Origin: Balamuthia mandrillaris
Taxonomy: Eukaryota
Length of the DNA: 64,000 nucleotides
Direction: 5' to 3'
Assembly (NCBI GenBank): GCA_031835245.2
Contig: JAVKOQ020000022.1
Span: 1 to 64,000 of the forward strand
In this document: positions 36,196 through 49,536 of the stretch, one piece after another
Position numbering within the stretch: the first letter of the stretch is position 1
Layout of the letters: every line of letters begins with the position of its first letter
Notes under the pieces: model-generated
The model's database searches: none
Told to the model about the DNA's origin: nothing
Seen by the model: the letters and a program-made list of their open reading frames with translations, nothing else
Translations under genes and position numbers: made by a program

Positions 36196-39100
36196 ATGGA
36201 AGCAAACCAACAGCGTTGGCCCTGTGACAAGGTCAGAAAGACTTTCATCGAGTTTTTCCAAGGGAAGGACCACCTCTTTGTGCCCTCTTCCTCGGTTGTT
36301 CCTCACAACGACCCCACACTGCTTTTTGCCAATGCCGGCATGAACCAATTTAAGGTTAAACCTCTTCCTTCTCGCGGAGTGCACCCAAAAAAAGCGTAGT
36401 TAACTTTTACCCTTTTCTCTCTCTCTCCGCAAACACGCACGCTTGCTCTGTGTCAATTCTCTCTACAGCCAATCTTTTTGGGGCAAGTGGACCCAAAAAG
36501 TGAGCAAGCCTCATGGAAAAGGGCAGCAAACAGCCAAAAATGCATACGAGCAGGAGGCAAGCACAACGACCTCGATGACGTGGGAAAGGATACCTATCAC
36601 CACACTTTCTTTGAGATGCTTGGCAACTGGTCCTTTGGGGACTACTTCAAGCAGGAGGCAATTGACTGGGCAATGGAACTGTTGACAGAGGTGTATGGGC
36701 TGGATTCCTCCCGACTCTACGCTACGTATTTTGGTGGTTCGGATGAAGACGGACTGCCAGCTGATGAAGAAGCTCGTGAGTTGTGGAAGAAACATCTTCC
36801 CGCAGAGAGGATCCTTCCTTTTGGCAAGAAAGAAAACTTCTGGGAGATGGGAGAGACGGGACCTTGTGGACCCTGCTCCGAGATTCACTACGATCGTATC
36901 GGAGGAAGGGACGTCTCCTCCCTGGTCAATAAGGATGACCCTAATGTGATTGAGATTTGGAACTTGGTCTTCATGCAGTTCAACAGGGAACAAGACGGCT
37001 CGCTCAAGCGGCTCCCCGCTTCTCATGTGGACACTGGTATGGGCTTTGAACGCTTGACTTCTATTCTTCAAGACGTCAAGTCCAACTACGACACAGACAT
37101 CTTCGCTCCCATTTTCGCAAGAATCCAAGAGGTCACCGGCGCACCAGCCTATGCCGGAAAAGTGGGCAAAGAGGATACCGACCTAGTGGACACTGCTTAC
37201 CGCGTTGTGGCTGATCACATCCGCACTCTCTGCTTCGCCATTAGCGACGGAGCTGCACCCGGCCCCGATGACAGGGATTATATTCTGCGCAAGGTGCTAC
37301 GACGCGCTGTGCGCTTTGGCAAGGAGATCCTTGGTGCGAAGGACGGCTTCTTTCATCAGCTGGTAGGTGTGGTTCTCGAGTTGATGGGCGACGCTTTTCC
37401 TCAGCTGCGTGAGAATCCTGCACACATCGTTCAGACTATCAAAGAGGAAGAAGAAAGCTTCACTGCCACTCTCGACAAAGGACTCAAGAAATACCACAAA
37501 GCCACTGCCAAGCTTACTCCAGGGCAAGTGCTTTCCGGCAAAGCTGTTTTCAAGCTCTATGACACCTACGGATTTCCTGTGGAGCTTACTCAGCTTATGG
37601 CAGAGGAGAAAGGCCTTGGAATCGATTGGAACGGCTTCAAAAAAGAGAAAGAAGCAGCCCAGCAGCGTTCCCGCCAAGCTCAGAGACTGGCTATGATGAG
37701 CGGTGGTCCCATCTTCGAGCTGGATGCCAACGCTGTCTCTGAGCTGCAGAATGCCTCCCTTCTCCCTACGGACGATTCGTTCAAGTATCAAACTGGGCAA
37801 GATGTAGAGGCCGTGGTCAAGGCAATCTGGACCACCAACAAAGCCTTTGAGCAATATTCCTCTGGCGAAGCGGTTTGTACTTTATCTTTGGAGGTTTTTT
37901 TGGTGTTTTTTTTTTGAAACAAAAACTCATTTCCTTATTCCTTGTTGCGTTACTTTGGTTTGACAGGGCCTGGTGCTGGACTGCACAAATTTCTATGCTG
38001 AGTCCGGCGGGCAGATGTATGACATGGGCGTAATGAAAGTGAAGGGCAGAGAGGGAGTTACCTTTGCTGTCTGTGAAGTTCAATCCTACGGTGGTTATGT
38101 GCTACATTCTGGCACTTGCTCCGGAGGAGAGATCCGAGTGGGTGACGTGTTGCAGCTGACGGTGGAACTGTCTCGACGGCTGCCTCTTATGGCCAACCAC
38201 ACCACAACTCACTTGGTGAATCATGCTTTGCGGGCAGTGTTGGGGGGTGTTGTGGATCAAAAAGGCTCCTTGGTGCTTCCAGAGCGACTTCGCTTCGATT
38301 TCAGCTATGGCAAAGCGTTGACTGCAGAGCAGTTGGAGAAAGTGGATCAACACGTGCAGGCCGTAATCGCAAGAGATTTGCAGGTATACATCCAGAATGT
38401 TGCTCTTCAACAGGCTCTTGCCATGCCATGCGTTAGAGCAATGTTCGGCGAGACTTACCCCGACCCTGTGCGAGTGGTATCTGTGGGGGCTGCCCTGGAG
38501 GAGCTTCTACAAGATCCTGACAATCCCAAGTGGTCGGAGTTTTCGGTTGAACTTTGTGGTGGCACTCACTTGAGCAGGTCAAGTGAGGCTGAGTGCTTTA
38601 CCATCGTTGCAGAGGAAGCTCTTGCTCGTGGTATCAGACGCTTGGTGGCCCTCACCGGAAAACCCGCCCAGGAGGCCATCCACCGTGGAGAAGAGCTGGC
38701 CAAAGCTGTTGCTCTCCTGAAAAATAAGAAAGGAGAGGATCTCAAGTGCGCCGTCACCGACCTTGCCAAGCAGTTGGATGAGGCTGTTGTACCTGCTTCC
38801 AAAAGATATATCATTCGCGACAGTTTGGACCAGTTCCGACGGACCGTCGCCGACTCGACTAAAAACACGAAAGCCGAGCAGCTTGAACTTGCCCAACAAT
38901 ATGCAGAGCAAGTGGTGAGCGACCTGCAAGCCTCTCCTGATTCCCGCTTCCATGTTGGAATCCTGCAAGTCAACTCCTTCACCGTTGCCCTAACTAATGC
39001 TATCAAGGCCATACAAGAGAAGCACCCTTCCCTTCCTGTGCTTCTTTTGAGCGCTGATAACACCAACCCCAAGAAACCCAAGGCTACTGTCGTTTGTCAG

Positions 39101-39289
39101 GTCCCCCAAAGTGTTGTGGATTCCACTTCCCTCAAGGCCAACGGATGGGCTGCTGCTGTGGCCGAGGTGCTCGGTGGCAAAGGTGGCGGTAAGCCCACCA
39201 CCGCCCAAGGGTCTGGTCCAAAGCTTCGGCAATTGGATGCCGCCTTGGTCACCGCAAAAGACTATGCCTCACGATTGCTTGCTCCTTAA
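36196..39289 (+). CDS. AARS1: Alanyl-tRNA synthetase
   Basis: '[15 protein letters not shown]', '[18 protein letters not shown]', editing domain 'NHTTTH...ELCGGTH', C-Ala 'GGKGGG'. Exons 36196-36354, 36469-37872 and 37967-39289. Confidence 0.98.
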
Positions 39290-39535
39290 CCTGCTGCCCA
39301 TATTCCCTTTCTCCCCTTCGTCCCCTTCTTCAGAAAGTTATGTTTTCTTTAAACAAAGGAAAATAAACAACAACGGCGTAACTATGAACATGTCCTATCA
39401 GCGAAGAAGAACCCACTTTAAGGTTGGTGGCGTGGCGCCATCTCACTCAGGCCAGGAGAAGCAGTTGCTGTTGTTGGTACCAACAGGGCTTCAGTGTCAT
39501 CAGCAACATGTATGGTGGCTCCGCTAGCGCTTCTG

Positions 39536-39617
39536 TTAACGTACAATCATTACCGAGCACTTACCGAAACGCATGACATGCTCAGACACAGAGCCCACTA
39601 GCATCCTGCGTTTCAGC

Positions 39618-39648
<31 letters not shown>

Positions 39649-39658
39649 GAGAGAGAGA

Positions 39659-39751
<93 letters not shown>

Positions 39752-40277
39752 TGAAGAGAAAGGCTTTAGACATTGTTCCAAAGGCAAAGTAAGGAGGAGA
39801 ACAGTGTACCGCTCCAAAGAGCCAGTTCCACGACTGCCCATAACGCACAAGTCAATGTCATGGTCAGGTATGAGCTTGCAAATGGCCTCTCTGGCATCGG
39901 GGCTTTCAATTGTGGTGTAGGTAAAACGGTCCTTTGCCCACAGACAGGGTCAGCACCAGCTTGCCTCAACAAAAGCAAAGGACCTTTGGTACCTTCAACT
40001 GAGAGGAAGCGAGTTGAAACATGCCCCTATAGTTTTGCTCAAGTTCTTCAGCCTTTTCTTTTTCCATCACGTTGTTGAGGTGCTCCATTCGGTCTTCCAA
40101 AGGGTTAAAAAGCTTCAGGAAGGTGGTTAACGGGCTGGAGGTTTCCTCCGGGGTAAACACCTCCATCACATGCACAGCAATTAACTCCCCCTTTTCCTTA
40201 TCTACCAACTGAAGCGCCCGCTCAAAGGCCCTCCCAGAGGCCTCAGAACCATCTATACATGCCAAAACTTTACGCAT
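39536..40277 (-). CDS. Universal stress protein (UspA domain)
   Basis: '[17 protein letters not shown]...VMGSRG...LVGSVSEHV...CSVMIVR'. Introns 39932-39983 and 39606-39809. Confidence 0.92.
39618..39751. repeat. (GA)n/(GAGAGT)n microsatellite in the USP intron
   Basis: Directly visible. Confidence 0.97.
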
Positions 40278-41727
40278 CCTTCCTCCCTTCCTTCAACTCG
40301 TCGATCTTATGATCTCACTTGATCTTGGAATGGGTGACGTTATATGGGTGTGGGGTCAACCAACTTTGCCTTATTTCCGAAACTCCTCCTGTTCTGGTTT
40401 GTTTCTCAGCCGGCTGCAAACCAACCCTCATTTAGAATTGTACTTGAAATTTGTTTTTTTCTCTTCCTTTGTTTTTCTTTTGCTTATTTTTTTCACACGG
40501 CCACTCTGCCTAACAAACAAACATGGCGTAGCGGCCCCCCTGCGGAGTTGGATTCTCCGTGGAGCCTTTTGGGTATGTGATACAAGCCCCCTTTGAGTGT
40601 TGAACCGAGTGCTTTATGATGATAAATGTGAAATAACGGACTAGAGTTTCCGAATCTTCTATTCTAGTGTGGACTTCGCAAATCTGATGTTTTTTTTTTT
40701 GTTTGTTTGTTTTGTTTGTTTTGGTTTTGCTTGCTAATGTGCTCATACTACATCACAGTCTTGTTCACACCAGTCGTTTCACTTTTCTGTTTTATGGTAC
40801 GTATGAAGTTTATTTTGTGCCTCGTTCGTGGTCTCCAAAGATGAATCATTTAAAAAAAATAACTGGAATTACCGGCTGAACTCTCCGTGAATGAGAAGCA
40901 CCATTCTGACTGGAGACCCCTCTCCCCTCCTCCCCCAAAAAAATGTGTCATTTTCCGCGCTCATTTTCCCTCTCTAGGGTGCTGTTTGTTTAACAACGGT
41001 GGCATAATGTTAGCTTTGGAGCGCTCATTGGAGGTACCTATGCGCCCCTTTGGATCTTCTCGCAAGCACTTGTGGTAGTTGCTGAGATGTTACCTATAAT
41101 CTCATGCTAATCCTGAAATTTGTGATGTCAATTCAAGACTTTTCTGAGCAACAACACCATCAAGTAGCAATGCGCTTTAACTGAAGTAGTGGCTTTTGCT
41201 GACCGTTTTTTTATTGTGATACAGCGACTTACCCCTTGCTGAGGCTTGCCGAGGCGCGGGGTGCTCCGCTCATTTTTTTTCCCTGCAAGGACCAAGTTTT
41301 TCATCAAGACTTCGTATGACTGAAGCATCCTCGCGTTTGAAGCAAATGACTAACGCGCAATGGTGTAGGGTTTGACATTTTCCTTGCAATAAAGCTCCTT
41401 GTTTCGTGAAAGCACAAAAAAACACACCCAACAACTCGAAAAAGAGAAGCAGAAAGAGAATGAAAAAGAAAAAGGGATAGAAGATCGCCACCAAAAAGCA
41501 GCCCTCAAAAGGCAACGGATTGCTGAAGAAGACAGAAAATGGAGAGAAAAACATGGCTGGTCAATAGGAGAGAAAGCGTTGCCCTCGTTTCCTTGTCAAA
41601 CAACCATTCCACCTGACGCTGCAAAAACACGCAAGGGTATCTTTATGCTATTCTTTTCTCTGATTTCCTGGAGCAGCTCATTCTTCCCCACTTATTATTT
41701 ACAGCTTTGTTATTTGTCTTGGTTAAA

Positions 41728-43102
41728 CTACGTGAGAGTGGTGGCGGTGTCAGTAGTGGAGGTTTCCTGCGTGAGCAGTAGCTGAGGAGAGGTAATCCAA
41801 ATAGCGGCGTTTGGGCTGAGGCCGATAAATGCCAGGTCGTCCTCCTGGTCCTCATCATTCTGCTCCTCTTCGAATGCTCCAGCCAAAGGCTGTTGTTGCT
41901 GTGGTGAGGTGGGGGATGGAGCTCTTACTTGCTCTGGATGATGTTGGGCATACCTTGCCCACTGTAATAGGCTCTGATGAAGCCCAAGCGCTTCGCTCTC
42001 TGTCTTGGCTTGGAAGTACACCGTGCTTTTGTAACAGTGGGCCTTGCCCCCTTCTCGCTGATGTGGCAGGCAGGTTTATAAGAGAAAAGTTGCTAGGGGA
42101 GAGAGAGAGAGAGAGAGAAAAGGAGAGAGGAGAGAGAGGCACAGGACAGAGCAGAATGGGGGTGAGGCGGCAAGTTACCCGTACAGGGACATGCGCCCAA
42201 CTGGTGCTGGGGCCAAAGAGCTGAGCTTTGCCAGCCCATTGGCTTTGCAGGAAGAACCGTCTTCGCTCCTGTGCTCGGCTGCTGGTAGTGGGTGCTGCGG
42301 GGATAGTTTTGGAATTACTGCTGTTGGGGGATATGTTTGGGGTGTTGTTGCCAGTGATGATAGTGGGAGAAGAGGAGGAGGAAGAGTCAGCACGCTTCTG
42401 AGAGTGGTGGGTTGTGACCTCACCCCCAGAAGAGTGGTTGCGATGATGCTGGCGGTGGCGGCGGTGGAGACGGCGAGAATGGTTTTTTTGTTCCTCCAAC
42501 GGCTGCTGCCTGGCGGAGGGCACATGTGAAGGAGAAGGCGGTGAGGGTGAGGTAAGGCGGCCACCGTGGGCAGCAGCCTGCACCAGTTGTGAAAACAGAC
42601 TGTTATATTGGAGGCGCAAAGCTTCTATTTGGGCAGAAACATGGACAACGCGGGACTCCAGCTCTGCAACTGCCCTTAATGTAGCCCCTGCCTCTTGCTC
42701 CTGCTGCGGCTGGTGGAGGTCAAGTTTTTTGCGCTGAGCCTCAGAGAGGCTGCCGCGGCTGGTACTCCCGCTAGCTGAGTTTTGATGACCGTCCTGCTGC
42801 TGCCGCTGTTGATCCTGTCTGGCTACCTTTGTGTTTTGGTATCTTTCACGAAAGTATTTGCGAAGCAGGTCCTCCACCCCAATGACTTCCTCTTCCTCTT
42901 CTTCTGCCTCCTCCTCTTCCTCCTCTCCAAGTTGGTTACGTTCCTCTGTTTTGTTTGTCAGCGCTCGCCCATTGCACTGTGGTGAGTCCTCGCCACCAGC
43001 CTTGGAGCTATTACCTTGGAGCTGCCGTTTATCTTTAAGCCTTAAGTATCCTTCATTCATGCTGGCGCTCCGCCTCGAACTCCCACCAGTGGCTGAGGAC
43101 AT
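41728..43102 (-). CDS. Hypothetical low-complexity/coiled-coil protein with a possible PH-like C-terminal segment
   Basis: 415-aa ORF with acidic and coiled-coil tracts; downstream segment 'YFQAKTESEALGLHQSL' resembles a PH-domain C-terminus. Exon structure uncertain. Confidence 0.5.
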
Positions 43103-43309
43103 TGGCGGTCAGCTGCTTTATGGCCGCCTTTTTTGTTCCCTTTCCTTCCGTTTATTTTTGTTTTCGTTCGTTGTTTTTTGCCCTTATTATTATTAATATG
43201 AAATGAAGGGGGGGCCGGGGGGAAGAAAAAGCGTGCCCGTGCCTGCACCAAGCATAAGAGTGAAACGGGCCAAAAGAGGGACCCTAAACATTTATTCTGG
43301 GTGTTTGGT

Positions 43310-45693
<2,384 letters not shown>

Positions 45694-46485
45694 TTTGCTT
45701 CACCCCTCTCTCGCTCGCGCCCTGGTCTTTATTATTTTTGTACCCCCCAAATAATAAATAAATAAATCGATAACTCTTTAAATAAATAAATTATTGGCCC
45801 CCAGGGCCTAGCCCTTCTTTCTCGGCCTTATGGACAAGCACGCAGCCAAACAACTCGGGTTGTCTTGAAGTGTTGAGTCTCGCTCCTTTGAAGACTCCGC
45901 TTGCCCATTCATCAATCGAAGAAGGAGCAGGCCTGCTTGCTTCCCCTCCGCCTGATTGCATGTCGACGAAAAGTTTGCTGTGCAGCAGCAGAGGCAATAA
46001 GGCGACGCAACCATAATATAATATAATAATAAAAATAGTGAGAAAAAAAATTTGAAGAGGGAGAGAGGAGAGGGAGGAAGGGGCAACTAAGTAACACGGA
46101 GGAGCAGGAGGAGGAAAGGAAGGCCTGCTCAACAAAGCCGGCAAATTGTAGCTACTTCACCCAGCACCGTTGGTGTCTGCCGCACCAGCACCACCATCCA
46201 CAAAACTGGTACTCAGTAGCAACCTCTCTCCTTCACCTTCCCACACAGAAAGCAAGTTGGAGGGAGCAGGCCAAACAGGAACGTTGCTACCACAACCGCG
46301 AGACAACAACATCACAAGCACACAGCAACTGTCACAACCGGCAACAATATTTAACCACGCGCAGTAGAGGAAACCCTATTCCCGTGTTCCTCTCCGTTTC
46401 TGCCACTCTTCCAGCAACGGGCAGCTGGTGCTGCCAAAACTAAGGCTCCCTGAGGGCCACCACCATCCAGCACTATAACTGACAA

Positions 46486-48915
46486 ATGGTAATGGCACAA
46501 CTGATGGATCCAACTTCCACAGCGACAACCACCACTACCACAACAGGTATGAACAGCAGCAGTAGCAGCAATGCCAGCACCACCTCTACCGCAAAGCGCA
46601 GCAGATTACGACTTTCCTGGTCTCGCAACGGCGTTTTAGCTTCCCCACCCGAGAGCTCCTCCTCGCAACAACCACAAGTAGACAGCGCAGACCAACACCT
46701 GAAGAGAGGGGAAGGGGAGGAAGAGGAAGAACAAGAACAAGAACAACAGCTAGAGGAGGGGGAGGAAGAAGAGGGAGCAGAGGAGAACGACAAAAAGAGA
46801 GAGGAGGAGGAAGAGGATAGGAGAGAAGCCAGTAACGTCACACCCGAGACCCCTCGAGGACGACGGCCACGGTCAGATCGAGAAGGAGTTGTTCTTTCGC
46901 GCTCTCCTTTGATAGACTCCAACAGCAAGAGGCACCTGCGAAAGGAACGACATAAAAGCGCTGCCAGCATGTCGCTGGCAGGCACTGGGGGCGATGCTGA
47001 ATCCGTGACCCCTTTTCTCCCATCCGCTGCTTCCACTTCTTCTCTAGTTTCTTCTTCTCCAACTGTTCCTGTATCATCTTCCTCCGCTTCTTTTCCATCC
47101 ACTATTGTAAGTTCAGTCTCTTCCTTCCAGCAACACCCTCAGCAAGAACACTACCACCATCACCACCAACAACAACCGCAGCAACGCACAAGCAACGGCT
47201 TTACCGGCCAAACACCGAGCTACCGGAGGTCTGGAGGGGGGCTTAGTGCTCTAAGTGGTACCGGTGGCAATAGTCGGCCTGGTTCTTCCAGCTATCATGA
47301 CACACCAGAGTGCCCCTTGGGGCCAGACCTAGAACTGCTCTCTCAGTTCAAGGCCAAAGAAGGACACTATGCACGCTCCATGCCAGGTGCTACCTGCCCT
47401 TTTCAATACATTGACTACAGTAAATCATCAGTCCCTTCTACTCCTGATCTTGGCCCTGGCGGCCGCAAGGAGCACGCCACCGACACCTCTTCTATAAATC
47501 CCATAAAGCTTTCTGAGGACATTGCCAAAAGTTACAAAAAGTGGTACAATGTGCGTAATGATGCAACCAGCTTAAGTCCCCCCAAAAAAAAAATTGTCTT
47601 TTTGGTGGCTCCCTTCCATGTTCTCTTTCGATTTTTGTCGAGTTCGTTGACATTAAATACTAACACCTTCTGATTTGGCTGAATGTAGGACATGGTGCTG
47701 AAGCTGGAAAATAAGAAAGCAGAAACGAAAGCACTAAGGTATTTTCTCTTGTCGTTTCTCAATAGCGTGAAGGGTATTTCGCTAACGCCTTCTTCCAGGA
47801 AAAACCACAAGTCAACTATAGGCCCCACAGCTTCTTCTTCCTCTTCTTCCTCTTCTTCTTCCTCCACCTCCAATACTACCTCTTCTTCCACACCGTCGGG
47901 TACAAGCAACAGCAACAATACCAGAGAATCGGGCTCCACAATAAAACGAGACAAAGAGACAGGGGCGCCTCCTTCGATGTCGGTCCACACCTCTATTTCC
48001 TATTCTACATTTAGCAAACAATCAAGTTCTCCTGCATTAATGCGAGAAAACTCGGAAGAACATACCAGTAGAGCGCCAAGCAAAGAGGACGGCAAAGGGG
48101 AAAGCAGGTTACGGTCTTCCCGTGCAGATTCAGCCAAGTGGCAGGATAGAGGAAGGTCACCTGCTTTAGGCTTAAACAGTTCCGGCACTTCGCAACAACC
48201 GTCGTCCGCCCAACTACCAAAAAGTCAAGCGGGGGGTATTGGGAGCATGGTAGGGGGTTATCCTCCTCCTCTAACTTCTTCCAGAGGAGGAGCACCAAGC
48301 CTCCCAGCAGCAGGAGGTGCTATTGGTACGAAGGCGCAAAAGCAGAAACAAATGCAGAAAGGGAGCCCCGAGCACTATAACAACTCCCATCCTCCCTCTC
48401 ATTCAACCGTTAGCCTACCACACAACTCGACTGAAGGCCGCACAGATTGGGCGCATGTCAACTATAGTGGCGACAATGGCGGTGGTGGTTGCAGCAGCGG
48501 GAGACCACCCCCCGGCCTAAAAATTCCACCACCCTTGCCCCTTCCTGTTCCCATCTCCACTCCTTCCAACACCTCCCTTCCCTCTACTGCAACTATGACC
48601 TCCGTTACTTCTACCACTACTGCAACCTCTTCCTCCTCCTCTTTAGCTATGTCTGGCCGGCGGAGCGCCGGTGAAGGCGAACGGATCAGCCCTCGTCATT
48701 CCTCCCGTCTTGTGGCTGCGGCGGCTTCTGTGGCGGCGGGAGCTGGCGAGTGGGATGGTAGTGGCGGCGGCAGCGGCGGCAGTCGGGACGAGAAGAAAGA
48801 CAAGAAAAAGGGTTCTTTTGCATTCAAGCGCAAGAAAAAGAAAAAAGAGGACAAGGCAGACGCTTCTCGAACAGGGGAAGCCGGGGAACCTGCCACGCTT
48901 CTTCAAACCATTTGA
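46486..48915 (+). CDS. Hypothetical, largely disordered Ser/Gly/Glu-rich protein
   Basis: Two long same-strand ORFs (395 and 407 aa) separated by an intron-like gap near 47551-47689; basic KRKKKKK tract near the C-terminus. Confidence 0.6.
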
Positions 48916-49022
48916 ACTTCGCGTTGGACCTTACTGCCGAATCTTCTTCCTACCTGCCTCCTATTGTTCACTATTTTGTTGACTATTATTTTTGTTTTTT
49001 TTTTCTTTGTTTATTTCTTATT

Positions 49023-49362
49023 TCAAACAAAAACGACTGATGGATTAAAAATCACACAAGTGAGTAAACTCACAAATGAAAGTTCTTGCGAAGACGCGGT
49101 GATGGGGTGGGCTAGAGGGCTACAGAAGCGCCCATCCACTTTCCCATCAGCACGCCCCCATATGGCTCCATCGGGCAACGCCGCAACAGAGGCTCCTAAG
49201 GAGTATGTTGCGAGCTCCATTTATATCTCGATCCAGTCGTATCCCACAGTCCCTGCGTCCGCACTCGAAGATTCGCTCACGCCGGTTGTGTTGCTTCTGT
49301 TCGTGAGTCACATGGAGGCACCAGGTGCAAGTCGTTCGGAGGCCTGAGTCGTTTTTGTTTGA
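49023..49362 (-). mobile_element. Non-autonomous Fanzor/TnpB-derived element: nuclease C-terminal fragment + putative omegaRNA, bracketed by a 16-bp inverted repeat
   Basis: Minus frame 49362-49147 reads ...RTTCTWCLHV...RIFECGRRDCGIRLDRDINGARNILLRSL...stop. Inverted repeat TCAAACAAAAACGACT at 49023-49038 and 49347-49362. Confidence 0.85.
49037..49148 (-). ncRNA. Putative omegaRNA scaffold
   Basis: Lies directly 3' of the RuvC-III-encoding fragment, contains several hairpins, and has a second copy at 8859-8968 with a different 3' flank. Confidence 0.6.
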
Positions 49363-49536
49363 TATCGCAAAACTTTGCTCCCTCTCTCCTCAGGGATCCT
49401 CTTCCGCATCCTTTACGCTGGTGTGGAAGCCCCCGGCCCGCCCGCCCCCCACAAAAAAAAAACCACGCACTGGAACGCCTTATTTTTGTAGAAGAGCCAA
49501 AACAAAAGAAATAGTGGTAAAAAGAGAGAAGAGGGA

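Noticed and set aside
41399..41785. Lys/Glu-rich + strand ORF as a separate gene
   Set aside because: No recognisable domain and no confident exon structure.
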